DNA of 64,000 nucleotides from the human T2T-CHM13v2.0 reference genome, Homo sapiens. This document shows, piece by piece, positions 43,021-58,223 of the stretch. Made by a program: the position numbers and the translations under genes. The number at the start of each line of letters is the position of its first letter. Position 1 is the first letter of the stretch. The notes below the pieces were generated by a model. It was not told the DNA's origin. It was given only the letters and a program-made list of their open reading frames with translations, and did no database searches. The stretch is taken from the NCBI RefSeq assembly GCF_009914755.1, contig NC_060945.1, one strand, 5' to 3'.

Positions 43021-44720
43021 AATTAGGATGGATTGTAAAATGTTTGTGCTTATGCTCTGATGTGTGATGTGTGGGTTAGCACCATGCCCTTGGTGCTTTC
43101 TCATGATAGTGAGTGAGTTATTAGGAAATCTGGTTGTTTAAATGTGTGTGCCATCTCCTCTTTCTTCCTCTTGCTCTGGCCATGGAAAGTGCTGGCTCCC
43201 CCTTTGCCTTCTGCCATAATCGTAAGTTTCCTGAGGTCTCCCCAGAAGCAGAAGCTGCCATGCCTGTTTCCTGAGGCCCTGCCTGAATTGACTAATTACA
43301 TGTTTGATCTTCATCTGTGCCCTTTTCCGAGGCTAAGCTTAGAAGAAAATCAATCTTACAGCAGCAATACAGATTATTCTAACATAGTGAGTCTCCAGAT
43401 ACCAGCCTAATGCTCCCTTTCAGAGAGTAGGATGGGCTGATTTCCCTTGAGTAGTGCCTGGCTTAATGCTCTATTATTTACCTCTCAGGTCAATATATCT
43501 GCTTCCCTTTAGTTATGGGTTAAGAAGAACTGGTCATAGTCCATATTGACCTCTGCTGTCATGGTGGTTCAATGAGACAGTCTGTTCCTCTGCTTCTCTG
43601 AGCACAGGACGCAAGAGAACAAAATGACACTGTCAACCAATTTCTCTGCACACAATGTAGAAAATTCAAAGTATAGATTAAACAAAACGACTACATAAAA
43701 CTCTTTTTCTCTCATTCAGAGCAATCATATTCAGGGCATGACATAAGTAGTGAAAGTAATTTTTAAACAAAGATAACAGAATGTGTATCTGTAAATGAAT
43801 TTCCATCAAGGTAGCACCAGGGGCAGGTGCAACACTTGAATGACTCTACTGTTGCTCAACAACTTCTTGAACTGATGTTGTTGGGTGGCCACAAAACATT
43901 CTAGCAAACATCTGTGGTGATAAATTGTGTATATCTTTTGAGGATGAATTTTCTTTTTGGAAATAGTTAAGACTGACCCAGAAAAAAGTCAGGTTAATGA
44001 AATGGGTGATTAAGCTGGTTGATACCATCTGGATGTCATAAATAAACTATCTCACAACATAGCAAAATTGTGTCTATGTGTGAGTCCTTGAAGGTAATTC
44101 CAAAAGAAGAGACCTGTAAGTATTTGATGAATATATGTGTTTTAGTAAGAATTCTATGACTCCATGGTAGAGAGAGGATGATTATTTTGAAGGTCACCTT
44201 TCATTTGGATTTTTAAGTTCTGGTACATTCATTGAGAAAGTCCGTTTCTTTGCTGACTTGGTAAAGAAAATGGATTACAACTAACAGAGTACCAGATAAA
44301 ACAGAAGTTAGTTTATCTCAGTCTACAGGACTGGGCTAGTGAGGTGGCTCCATGGAGTCCTTAGGAACTCACATCCTTCTAGCTCATTGCACTACCATCC
44401 CTGGGACATGGCTGCCCTCATCCTCAGGTTGCAAGCCATGCTCTGACCATCACATCCGTGTTCACGGAGCAACATGGAGTAAGGGAATAAGAACGGACAC
44501 ACGGTGCTAGAAGTCTAGTAACCCCTGGAGGGAGGCTCCTAGAAGCTGTCCTGTGATGGCTCCACTCATATCTCATTGGCCAGAACCTTGTCACATTGTT
44601 CTCTGAAAAGGAGGCAAGGAAACATAGTCTTTAACTCAGGCGGCCAAGTGTCCTGCTAAAAGCAAAGGTTCTATCACGACGGAAGCACACAAGGGCTGAC
44701 CTTAGAGTTGACAGTAGTAA

Positions 44721-45042
<322 letters not shown>

Positions 45043-46095
45043 CACATCTTGATTTTCTGCTGGAACTCTGGAACCCAAACGTTAGTAGAATGAAGAATGG
45101 AGGAATGCTAAAACTGTTTATTTAACAAAACAGAAGTGTCTACTATAAGAATGAACCCTTAGATTGGATTAATTTGTTAACTCCAAGTTAGGATAAGAAT
45201 CCTCCCAAGATGAAGTGCAGCCTGGCCATGCCATCCAGAACCATTCCTGTCACTCCGCTGCTGAGGACTAATTCCCCTCATTCCACCAGTGTGGACCCAG
45301 AGGGGAAGGAGAGAAAGGAAGGAGGGAAGAGAGGAGAGAGGGAAGGAAAGGAGGAAAGAACAGGCAGGGAGGAGAAGGGAGGATAGGAGAGAGGAAAGGA
45401 GATAAGTTTCTATGGCTGGACCACTTTCATTGTCAACCCAGCCTGGGGCTCCCTGTTGGGAAAACCAGCCTAGGGATGTCTAACTATTTCTGACACTGGA
45501 GAGTCACACAGCTCTTGCTTTTGGAATGAAATGTTCTCTCCAAGCACTTGGGTGAACCTTCAGAAGGAAGAGGAAAAAGAATGATATTCTCTTGCCTATT
45601 TTTTTTCAACAGAACATGATGAAGGAGATTTTAGTAAAGAAAATGACTATTGGCTGACGATTGCCTTTTGGTCTGACAAAACTTAAACTCCACTTATATG
45701 AAGACACTGCGTTCTGTGAAACCTGTCATCTTATTTCTTGCTCAATAGCTGGGGATGACGATAAGGACTCAGACAAGTGTCAGTCTGGGAGAAAGGGGCT
45801 CTCAGGTGCTGAGTTTGAAGCTGTTCCCTTAGATCCCTGGTAGAATTTATGTAGGTGCTATAAGACCTCAAACCCTGCACTATTTTTAGGAAGGAAAAAG
45901 AGCATTAGTGTCCGCAGAAACCTAAAATATCCCTACAGAATAAAACTTCCAATCCCATTTTCTGACAGCATATGCACTCTTTTACTGTAAGGGTTGTAAA
46001 ATAGATGGTAACTCTTCGGGAGTGTAGGACAATGCACAGGGGGTGGGCAAGGAAGGCTAAGAGAGTCAGAGGCTTCTTTCAAAAATCCTTAAGCT

Positions 46096-47047
<952 letters not shown>

Positions 47048-48397
47048 TAATGTTACATTTTAGGGTCCAAGATCAACTCTTATGAGTCCTCAGTTTTTCC
47101 TGCTATCTCTCAGGGGTCGTAGATGGCAGAGATGACATCCTTTACTCAAATACCAATCTTCACCCCAGAGCCTCCACCTCTGCCTCTATGTAGATTACTC
47201 TCACTTTATTCATTCTTTCAGTGGTTTGCACGTTCTCTCATTCATTTACTCACAGTGTTAGTGCTGGAAGCACTGCAGAAGTTCAGAGGAGGAGGAGGTT
47301 GGGGGTGGAACATTGTGGGTGAATGAGGGGAGTTAGCAATTTCTAATGTGCTGGTTTAGCCCCCTCTGAATCCTGAACAGTCCCTCGCAAAAGGCGCTCA
47401 ATGAATTCTCGTTAGGTTATCATCCTCTAATAGCGCCTTTTGGTCACACACATAGGCGTCTAGAATATCTCAGCTTGTGACATCTTGGCATTACGCAGTT
47501 GGTCTGGGATAAGACACTTGCAGACCCTAATTACGAGCCGGATTGCCCACAGCCACAGACAACCACCAAGAAAAACTGTCGTGCTAGAAAGTAGTTCCAT
47601 AGCAACTGGCCTAACATTCCCAAACTGGAGCCTGGAGAAGGAAAAAGGCCCCTCCTGGCCAGCCAGGTTCTACCCAGGGCCCCAGGGGGGCTAAGTGTGT
47701 TTCCTGGTTTCCCTTTCCCCCTTCAGCCTCAGGCCACAAATACAGCCATCATGCTGGTAGCAAAAGTGCTTTTTCCTTCCTGCCACAGCCCCTGAGATGA
47801 GACTTCCTGCCTGAGAGAGGGACTCGCTATTTCCACCTTGCCGATCCAGGCATGAGCAGACCTAGGCTAACTCCCGTAGAGCAGAAAGGGCCTCCCCACC
47901 GGAGCGCTGTAGCCCAGCGCACATCCTCCGCAGGGTATCAACTCCTGGGGTCTCTGAAGCTGTTCCACCAACGGCCCCTGGTAGGCGCTGCATCCCTCCC
48001 GGGGGCCCAGGAGTCCTTCCTAACACACAGAGCTGCCCACAGCCCTCTCCTCTCCCTCCCATCCTTCAGGACTGTTCCTCTGAGCACCACTAGGAGCCGG
48101 GCAAGCAGATGCATGGGGTGGGGGGGCACACAATTCCATTCAGTGTTTCCTCTTAACAATCACCCTAAACAGACCCCGTGGCCAGCTGCCCTGAGGAAAA
48201 AAACACTTCTTGGCTCCCCTGTTCTTTCCCAAAGTTATTGTTAATGGGAGATCTTCCCCATGGTAACAGCTGAGAGGCTGGAGGACAACCGAAACTCAGG
48301 GCCCTCATTCCACAATACCCTGGGACTCCTTACTGCCCCTCAGCGTTGCTTTATGTTGACATAACCCAGCGCTGAGATGCATCTCCTCCTCCCGCAG

Positions 48398-48497
48398 ATT
48401 CCATCGTGATCGCATTCTGGGTGAGCCTGGCTGCCTTCGTGGTGCTGCTCTTCCTCATCTTGCTCTACATGTCCTGGTCCGCCTCCCCGCAGATGAG
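48398..48497 (+). CDS. MRAP: MRAP transmembrane exon
   Basis: ccgcag acceptor, GTGGGT donor; 100 nt; [32 protein letters not shown]. Confidence 0.98.
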
Positions 48498-48557
48498 GTG
48501 GGTAAGAAGGGGTGTGAGTCTGTGGGTCACTCAGACGCTCTCCAGTGAGTAACAGTG

Positions 48558-48768
48558 CAGGTTGAGTATCCCTCATCCAAAATGCTGGAGACCAGAAGTG
48601 TTTCAGATTTGGGATTTAAAAATATTTGCATTGTACCTACCAGCTGAGCATCTCAAATCCAAAAATCCGAAATATTCCAGCGAGCATTTCCTTTGAGCCT
48701 CATGTCAGTGCTCAGTATGTTGCAGATTTTGCAGCGTTTCAGATTTTCGGGTTTGGGATGCTCAACCT
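48558..48768. mobile_element. Tigger4a (MER46) MITE
   Basis: TIRs CAGGTTGAGTATCCC and GGGATGCTCAACCT. Confidence 0.85.
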
Positions 48769-48774
48769 ACGTCC

Positions 48775-49775
48775 CTACAATGGAATAGTATTCAGCAATA
48801 AAAAGGGATGGAGTTCTGATCCATGCTGCAACATGCATGAACCTCAAAAACATCATGCTAAGTGAAAGAAGACAGACACAGAGCTGCATGTTGTATGACT
48901 CCATTCACACAAAACATCCAGAGTAGGCAAATCAAATTCTGTAGAGACAGAAAGCAGATTAGCAGCTGCCTAGGTCTGGGGGGAGAGCGGGGAAGGGGGA
49001 GTGACTACTGATGGGTTTCTTTTGGGGATGATAAAAATGTTCTAAAATTAAGCTGGGCGTGGTGGCTCACGCCTGTAATCCCAGCACTTTGGGAGGCTGA
49101 GATGGGTGGATCACTTGAGGTCAGGAGTTCAAGTTACCAGCCTAGCCAACTTGGTGAAACCCTGTCTCTACTAAAAATACAAAAATTAGCCGGGCGTGGT
49201 GGCACGCACTTGTAATCCCAGCTACTCAGGAGGCTGAGGCAGGAGAATTGCTGGAACCCAGGTGGCGGAGGTTGCAGTGAGCCGAGACTGTGCCACTACA
49301 CTCCAGTCTGGGCAACAGAGTGAGACTCCGTCTCAAAAAAAAAAAAAAAAAAGAAGTTCTAAAATTAAGCCAGGCCCAGTAGCTCACACCTGCTGTAATC
49401 CCAGCACCTTGGGAAGCCAAGGCAGGAGGATCGCTTGAGCCCAGGGGTTCGAGACCCTATCTCCATAAAAAATATCAAAAAGTTAGCTGGGCATGGTAGT
49501 GCGCACCTGTAGTCCCGGCTACTCAGGAGGCTGAGGCAGGAGGATCACTAGAGCCCAGCAGGTCAAGGCTGCAGTGAGCTGTGATTGCGCCACTGCACTC
49601 TAGCCTGGGTGATAGAACAAGACCCTGTCTCAACAAACAAACAAAAAGTTCTAAAATTAGATTATGGTGATGGTTGCACAACTCTATGGATGTACTGAAG
49701 ACCACTGAAATTGTACTCTTTAAATGAGTCAACCTCATGGAATGAAAATATATCTCACTAAAGCTGTTAAAGAAA
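48775..49775 (+). mobile_element. L1MB 3' fragment containing tandem Alus (49051-49352 AluS; 49368-49647 AluJ)
   Basis: L1MB 3' UTR motifs; GTTCTAAAATTA present three times. Confidence 0.85.
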
Positions 49776-49823
49776 ATGAAGCCAACTTGACACCATGGGC
49801 ATTAAGTCTTGCCGGCCAGCTCA

Positions 49824-50187
<364 letters not shown>

Positions 50188-50779
50188 CTATGGCCAGCAT
50201 CTGTTCTCAGATGCCTGCTGTGTGCCACTAAATTGGAGGTGAAATCCAGGAGTTTTAAGGAGTAATTGGAACCCACCTTGTTTTATGTTAATTCTGTTGT
50301 GCTAGAGGATTGGCTGACACATCCAATGTTCCCTTCTAGGCTAATCAGCCCTCACAGCTGCTGCTCTCCTAATGACTGTTCTTAGGAGGGACCCTATATT
50401 TTGCCATCGCTCACCCGAAGAGGGCCTGTCCAGTGGCTGGCCCATGCCCTTGGAAACGTGTGCCCTGGCAAAAGAGCTGGGACTGGTCAGATTCTCATCT
50501 TTGGAATTTGGAATCTAGAACCTGAGGGATGGACCTGGTGGCTATGGGGGCTGCACTGATTGGTCCAGGAGGAGGACTAGGGCTGGGTGCCATTATAGAC
50601 CATTATGTCCATTACGGACGGAAGTCTTGGGGACTGGAAACCCTAAGTGTAGGAAGCTGGTCAGCAGAGAGATGAGCCAAACTGTGCTGAGGAAGAGCTG
50701 AGTGGCCTTGGAGCCCCTGAGCCAGTGCGTCCCATGCCAGGTCCCGTGAAGAGCCGTGGACTCGCGCATTGGCACAGCG

Positions 50780-51065
50780 TCTTAGTGTTTTCTGTTGCTG
50801 TAACAGAATACCTGAGGCTGAGTAATTTATGAAGAAAAGAGGCTTATTTAGCTCATGGTTCTGAAGGCTTAGAAGTCTAGGAAGCATGGCACCGACATCT
50901 GCTTAGCTTCTGGTGAGGGCCTCATTTTGTAAAAAGATCTAATTCAGTCTAGAGAAAAAAAAAACTCATTACCTCTTAAAGGTCCCAGCTCCCAGTGTTG
51001 CCACACTGGGGACCAGGTCTCCACGAGTTTTGGTGGGGACAAACCATACCACAGCCCAACATTAC
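50780..51065 (-). mobile_element. MST/MLT1A-type MaLR LTR fragment
   Basis: CTTAGTGTTTTCTGTTGCTGTAACAGAATACC...GGGACAAACCAT. Confidence 0.7.
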
Positions 51066-51190
51066 CTTGAAGGGGCCTCTGATTCTCCTCCCCGCCCCTG
51101 CCTGCCCTGCCCGTGGTGTCTCACCCACCAGGGCTACACTCGCCAGGCCATTTCCGCTCACCTTTGGTCACATATGGAAGGTAGCTTTAG

Positions 51191-51688
<498 letters not shown>

Positions 51689-52396
51689 TGAAATCTGTTC
51701 TTTTCTTTCAGTTTTTAGAACTCACATTCAATTTAAGCACATTTTTATACCCAAGACACATCTGAGGGATAAACGAGTGATGTCACCTTTCTTTACTACT
51801 CTTCTGAGATGACCTGCAGCCGCCCTATGCCAGGGAAGATGCAAAGATCCCTGGTCTGGTCCGGCAAGCCCAGGGGCTGCCTCCACCACGCCCAGCTCCC
51901 TGGGGGGCACAGGCCTTCTGGGCTATTTCACAGGGGCAAACTGATGACACTATACATCCTGACCAGCTACATGGCTTACTAAAGAAAATGCTCTCAAGGC
52001 ACTTGGTAACATTCCTGGAATGCTCAGGGCGGCAAAGTGGATCCTCAGCAAGATTTAGGAGTCATTCCCTGAGGAGCTGACACCTTCCCATGATGGGGGG
52101 GGGAGGGGAGGAGGGAGGTGGGGAGAGCATTCTTAGGCGAGTGCCATCTGAAAGGATGGCCTCTGCCCAGTGGGTTCATCACTTGGTACTCTTCATTTGT
52201 GCCAGCGCTGTAACCACATTTAAGTCGTTTTATACATCATCTCATTTCATCCTGAGGATATCTGTGAGCCAATATTGTCCCATTTTATGGATGACGTTAA
52301 AGGCAGCTGGGAAGTGGTGGCCAGAGCTCACTCCAGATGGCCATGTCCACTGCCCCAGCACTTCCCGGGCAGGAGAATCCACCCAGGGAGGACACA

Positions 52397-52700
52397 TTTC
52401 TTTTTTTTTTCTTTTTTTTTTTGAGACTGAGTCTTGCTCTGTTGCCAGGCTGGGGTGCAGTGGCGCAATCTTGGCTCGCTGCAACTTCCGACTCCTTGGT
52501 TCAAGTGATTCTCCTGCCTCAGCCTCCTGAGTAGCTGGGATTACAGGCGCCCACCACCACACCCAGCTAATTTTTGTATTTTCAGTAGAGACGGGGTTTC
52601 CCTATGTTGGCCAGGATTGTCTCGATCTCCTGACCTCATGATCCACCTGCCTCTGCCTCCCAAAGTGCTAGGATTACAGGTGTGAACCTCCATGCTTGGC
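52397..52700 (-). mobile_element. AluSc-like
   Basis: Alu consensus. Confidence 0.9.
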
Positions 52701-52726
52701 ACAGGGAGGATGCATCTCTAGCCAAG

Positions 52727-53077
52727 TGTTTTAGTTTGTTCTCGGCTGCTAAGAAAGACATATCCGAGGCTGGATAATTTATAAAGGAAAGAGGTTTAAT
52801 GGACTCACAGTTTCACATGGCGGGGGAGGCTTCACAGTCATGGCAGAAGGCAAAGGAAGAGCAAAGCCACATCTTACATGACACAGGCAAAAGGGCATGT
52901 GCAGGGAAACTCCCCTTTATAAAACCATCAGATCTCATGAGACTTACTATCACGAGAACAGCATGGGAAGACCCGCCCCCATGATTCAATTACCTCCCAC
53001 TGGGTCCTTCCCACGACACGTGGGGATTATTACAATTCAAGGTGAGATTTGTGTCGTGACGCAGCCAAACCATATCA
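52727..53077 (-). mobile_element. Solo THE1 (MaLR) LTR
   Basis: TGTTTTAGTTTGTTCTC...AAACCATATCA; 5-bp TSD CCAAG at 52722-52726 and 53078-53082. Confidence 0.88.
52795..52800 (-). terminator. Candidate distal URB1 poly(A) signal ATTAAA inside the THE1 LTR
   Basis: tttaat on + strand at the position of the MaLR LTR's own poly(A) signal; LTR is co-oriented with URB1. Confidence 0.55.
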
Positions 53078-53440
53078 CCAAGATACAAGTTGGCTTGGGC
53101 TATGGATATAAAATGAACTACACTCAGATACAGCGCTGGATGGGAGGTCAACCTGCTCCCCTCCACCCCCCACCCCCCCCATCCTAAATCAATGTAGGAA
53201 GAAGTGGCCTCCAGGGAAAGACCTGAGGCCTAGTTCCTGACAAAGCACTTCCTCTCCTCTGAGATTTCTCTAGAATGGCCACCTTTGTGAGCTGGCTGAC
53301 CCTTCTCAGGAATTTGCCTGTGTGGCCTTCCCTATGGGGTCCGGGCAGATGGCAGGTGTGGCAGGAAACCCCCCAGCCCCACAGTATGGACTGTTCTGCA
53401 GCAACTATGATGCCTGCCTCCCACTCTGCTCTGTTCACAG

Positions 53441-53753
53441 GAACAGCCCCAAGCACCACCAAACATGCCCCTGGAGTCACGGCCTCAACCTCCACCTCTG
53501 CATCCAGAAGTGCCTGCCGTGCCACAGGGAACCCCTGGCAACCTCACAGGCTCAGGCGAGCTCAGTGGAGCCAGGGAGCAGAACTGGCCCTGACCAGCCG
53601 CTACGACAGGAGAGCTCCTCCACCTTGCCCCTCGGGGGTTTCCAGACCCACCCCACTCTCCTCTGGGAACTGACCCTCAATGGGGGTCCCCTCGTCAGGA
53701 GCAAGCCCAGCGAGCCTCCCCCTGGAGACAGGACCTCTCAATTGCAGAGCTGA
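53441..53753 (+). CDS. MRAP: MRAP-alpha terminal coding exon
   Basis: ttcacag acceptor; (R)NSPKHHQTCPWSHG...GDRTSQLQS-TGA; 106+100+313=519 nt = 172 aa + stop. Confidence 0.97.
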
Positions 53754-54018
53754 TGTCAGTAAATCGTGGCCATAGCTGAGTGAACTGGTGAAATCAAGCC
53801 AACCTGGACACATACGTTCCTCGTTCTTCTTAGAGGCCATTTGCATGTAGCAGAAAGGGCGCCTAGGTCAAGTGCAACTAGAGCAGGAGCATCCTATGCC
53901 TTTGACAAAGATTGCAGTGGCCCCTCGAGTGCAGAGGTCATCCCAGGTGTTGCTGAGTTTATTGAGCACACCTAGCCTGCTTGCTTACTGCTTATATTTG
54001 CTCAGGGAAGAGTAGGAA

Positions 54019-54024
54019 AATAAA
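54019..54024 (+). terminator. MRAP: MRAP-alpha poly(A) signal AATAAA
   Basis: Canonical hexamer ~265 nt after the alpha stop codon. Confidence 0.75.
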
Positions 54025-55930
54025 ATATATGCAAATCAAGAGGAAAAGCTGTTTGCTTACTAATCTTTACTATGCCACTTTACCATTACTGTGTAATGCG
54101 TTATCAGCCCTGAGTTCACCTGGTCCTTCTGTACCTTTGTTAGGATGCTGGGTAAGTTCCCATCCAAGCTCCACTAACACCCGCCGGCTCCCCCAGATGT
54201 GATGGCATCTGCCCTGCCAGGTCAGCTCACTGCAGTCTGGGGACCTGAGTTGCACCTTCAACCTCCCCACAGCCTTTCAAAGACAGAGCCCAAGAAAGTG
54301 TCTCCCCTGGAGGGCAGGCAGCCAACGCCTGTCAGCAGCCAGGCCGGGTAAGCAGGATCTATGCCCAAATGCTGTCACAGAACACAAAGAGCCCTGGAAG
54401 CTGGCAGGAAAGGTCTTCTGGATGTGACTTTATGTGACAGTGGATCTGGGACCCTTGAAAGATCTAGTCCTCTAGTGCCCAGCAGCCTTGTCCCTGGAGA
54501 GGAGACAGCATCACACAGCAAATCTCAGAAGACCCATATGTCCCCTACAGCTTTCAGGCAAGGAGGGAGTTGATAGGTTTTATTTTTAAAATAACTGTAC
54601 CCCCCGCCCCACTTAAGATATTTCTAATTTAGCATTTTATATTTTAAGTCAGGTGAAGACCATGTTCGATCTATTCTCCATGGGATGAGATTCCCTTCCT
54701 CCACACTAAGTGACTGGAAAATACACGAACAAGGTCAGGGCAGTGGATTTAAAAGGGAGAACAAAGAAAAGCAAGACTGATGAGCTCCAGAGATGCAGAA
54801 AAGAAGGTGAGGTGCTGAAAATGTGTCCTCACTTGACTGAGCTGGAACTCGGCTTTGGAGCATTTGTCGCCACCTGACGTAGTATGTATTGACTTGCTGG
54901 GCCCTAAGAACCTGGGAGGCAGCTTAGGCCTGGAGCCAGGGATGAAGCCGTGGAAATCCACCCCACCTGCTCGCTGCCCCTCCCTGTGCCCCCAGAGGCA
55001 TGGGGTTCAGGGATATTCCCCAGACCAATGTCCTTCCGGCCAATGCCCCCTGCATAAACAAGCAGAGGTGCCTATAACCAAAGGAATCCCCAAAGATAGG
55101 CCTTGGAGAGGTGGATAAAGATTAAGGGGAACCAGGAAGAGAACGCTTTGTTGGAGCAGCGCTTGCCTGAGTCCAGCTTGGATCTAAACGTGGGATTTCA
55201 AGTTCAGGATAGTCTCAAAGAATAGCGTTGTAAGGTTTATTTGGGTAGGGAAGGGGACAAGTGAGGTAACTGATCCTTGCTTTGTAGACAGTGCAAGACA
55301 ATTATTTGTGGTGAAGGGACTGTATGCCAACAAACGTTACTCATGCTTTAGTTAAAACTTTAAGTCACCTAAAACAGAAACAATTCTAAAGAACACTGGT
55401 GGAAAATAGAAGTGTAAATGTTTCAGACAAAACCAAGGCATTGTCAGCACGATGTACATTATACGGCAGATAAAACAGCCACATCCTAGGCCACAGAGCA
55501 GATCCCAAGAGCCCCAGGCATGCAGGAGAGTTTTAAAGGAACAGACGGAAATTTTAACTGTGAAAACCACGAAATTTCATGACTTTTGTCAGCTACAACC
55601 CCAACTAATATATGACCATTAAGAGTAAAATTCTGACCTTTAAAATAAATGCAGGCCTATGTGGAGCAAAAATAGCCTCTTAACAACAATGAAAGGAAAA
55701 CACAAAAACCTTACAAAAATAGACATTAACAAGCATTTATAAAATTCAAAATCCCCTCTTTGAAGTATAGCTTTAAAAATTACAGGCTGTCTTCTCAAAG
55801 CAGAGGTCAAATCACTTTTATTCTTTAAGGATTCAGTGTAACATCCTTTTCTTTAATAAAATAATTAAACACTGGCAGAAATTAACTTATTCAAAAAGTC
55901 ATACTAATACTTTGTTATGACTTTTTATAG

Positions 55931-56240
<310 letters not shown>

Positions 56241-56307
56241 GAAAAATAAACTTTAAACATCTCTCTTCGTTTTCATAAAAAAAATCTGATACCTTTTGAC
56301 ATTTCAG

Positions 56308-56410
56308 CTTTAACACAGATGAATCTCTTCTGCATTCAGAAGTGCTGCCTCAAACTCGAGCTATTTCCTGTGATGAGCTCCAAGCCCCTAGAGAGGAAGG
56401 GGCGGCCTGA
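56308..56410 (+). CDS. MRAP: MRAP-beta alternative terminal coding exon
   Basis: atttcag acceptor; (S)FNTDESLLHSEVLPQTRAISCDELQAPREEGAA-TGA; 106+100+103=309 nt = 102 aa + stop. Confidence 0.93.
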
Positions 56411-56511
56411 CGAGGCACTGGATGGGCCTCATGGCCTAGAAGTCCCCACATTCCTTGCAACTCTGATGCTGGGCACCTACAGGCCCGAGTTTATCATTTA
56501 CTGGGCAGTTC

Positions 56512-56517
56512 AATAAA
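56512..56517 (+). terminator. MRAP: MRAP-beta poly(A) signal AATAAA
   Basis: Canonical hexamer ~100 nt after the beta stop codon. Confidence 0.7.
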
Positions 56518-56674
56518 GTCCTCTCAACTTTTCTTGTCAAAGAACTGAGCCAATGTACTGAACCTGTTGTTTCCCATGCCTTCTCTGGAAACCCTTGACT
56601 CAACCAAACTTCTAGAAGCTGGTGCTGTGCTCGAGGCTCTGGTCATCAGGGTGCAAGGTGCTGGCCGGCAGGAG

Positions 56675-56856
56675 TCAAGCATCTGAGGCTGCGCTGGCGG
56701 CGTCCTTGCAGAGCACCACGATGGCCTCCTCTTCACTGCTCGGGGCATCATCTGCGGCCTCACACACCATCCGGACGTGGGTTAAGAGGGTGTCCGGCCG
56801 CTGAGCCCCCAGCCAGATGTCCTTTATGTAGAGAGACACTAGGAATGCTGCGGAGG
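56675..56856 (-). CDS. URB1: URB1 terminal coding exon (nucleolar pre-ribosomal protein, Npa1 homolog)
   Basis: ttgttcag acceptor; (A)SAAFLVSLYIKDIWLGAQRPD...KDAASAASDA-TGA; 182 nt. Confidence 0.95.
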
Positions 56857-57074
56857 CTGAACAAGAGCAGGGGATAGGCCATTAGGATGCACACCTGCTC
56901 AGCTCGAAAACAGGTCATCCTGCCCACAATGCAACGGCTTTGCCAAGTGCCCAAATGAACCGTGCCACAGGCCTGGGCAACCCAAGGTGAGCACACCGAT
57001 ACAACAACTCACTCTGCCTTTGCTTAACTTTTGTGTTAATCTTTTTTATTATTAAAAAGTTTCTTTTCTTTAAA

Positions 57075-57345
57075 AAAAAAAAAAAAAAAAGACAGGGTCT
57101 CACTCTGTCACCCAGACTGGAGTGCAGTAGTGTGATCTCAGCTCACTACAGCCTCAACTGCCTGGGCTCAGGTGATCCTCCCACCTCAGCCTCCAGAGTA
57201 GCTGGGACTACAGGCATCTGCCACCACGCCCGGCTAATTTTTGTAGAGACAGGGTTTCACTATGTTGCCCAGGCTGGTCTCAAGCAATCTCCCCACCTCA
57301 GCCTCCCAAAATGCTAGGATTATAGGTGTGAGCCACTGTGCCTGG
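57075..57345 (-). mobile_element. AluJ in the URB1 last intron
   Basis: Alu consensus. Confidence 0.88.
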
Positions 57346-57804
57346 CAAAAATTTATCTTTCTTCTGATGAATATGTGTGGATCCCCTCAAAAAGCTGTTA
57401 CAAGACAAGTCTCTTCCTGGTTCTGACCATCCATGCCAAGAATGACAATGAAATTTGAGAAGAACTTCCCAGAATCATTTCCTACCATTTCCTCAGTGGC
57501 ATGGGTGAGGAGGAGGAGAAAGCTTGCAGGCAAAAAGGCTCAATTCCCCAACTGCGGCCAGACCAGAGGGCAAGGTCACCCTGCTACCAGGTGAGCCTAC
57601 CCGATAGGCTGCCAGCCCCTCCCTCCCCTGGGCCCCCACATTCCTCTGTGAAAGGACAGACCTCTGGGTTACCACACCCACCTCCCTGGAGCTCTAACGG
57701 CCCCCTGGAGCTTGTGCTACTCACTCATTCACACTGCTAGGCTCCTAGTGACTGCCAAGTACATAAACTGTTCATGTGCGCATTTATACGCATGTGAAGC
57801 TCTA

Positions 57805-57873
57805 TGTGCACACACACGCGCATGCGCATGCACATGCGCACACATGCAAGCATACGCACGCACGCGCGCACAC
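57805..57873. repeat. Alternating purine-pyrimidine (CA/CG/TG) tract
   Basis: TGTGCACACACACGCGCATGCGCATGCACATGCGCACAC...GCACGCGCGCACACA. Confidence 0.9.
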
Positions 57874-58223
57874 AGCTGGCCACATGTGAAACAGAACTCA
57901 TCATGTGCCTAATGGTCAGAAACCCATTGCCCTGCGGGGTGGAGGGATGCCAAGGTTCTGAGGTGCCCTCTCTGCACCGTCAACATAACCAGCACCAAAG
58001 GTTTCCCCTGCAAGCAAAGGCAAAGACTTCCTTCCCTTCACATTCACTGCCCAGTGGCAAGCTCTCTGCAACCCCAGAACCGTAAGGGGCCACCTAAACA
58101 AGCACAATACCCAGCTGAGGAAGTCAGCAGAAACCTGAGTGTTCTAAGCACAGAAATCACTCCTGCCCCCAGGCCCACTTCTGCATCTATTTCTTCAGCC
58201 TCCAACAAAAGAACCAGCCTTAC

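Noticed and set aside
53322-53440. In-frame intronic extension with ATGs upstream of the MRAP-alpha exon
   Set aside because: No sense promoter evident (the adjacent THE1 is antisense); 119 nt of open frame in GC-rich DNA can arise by chance
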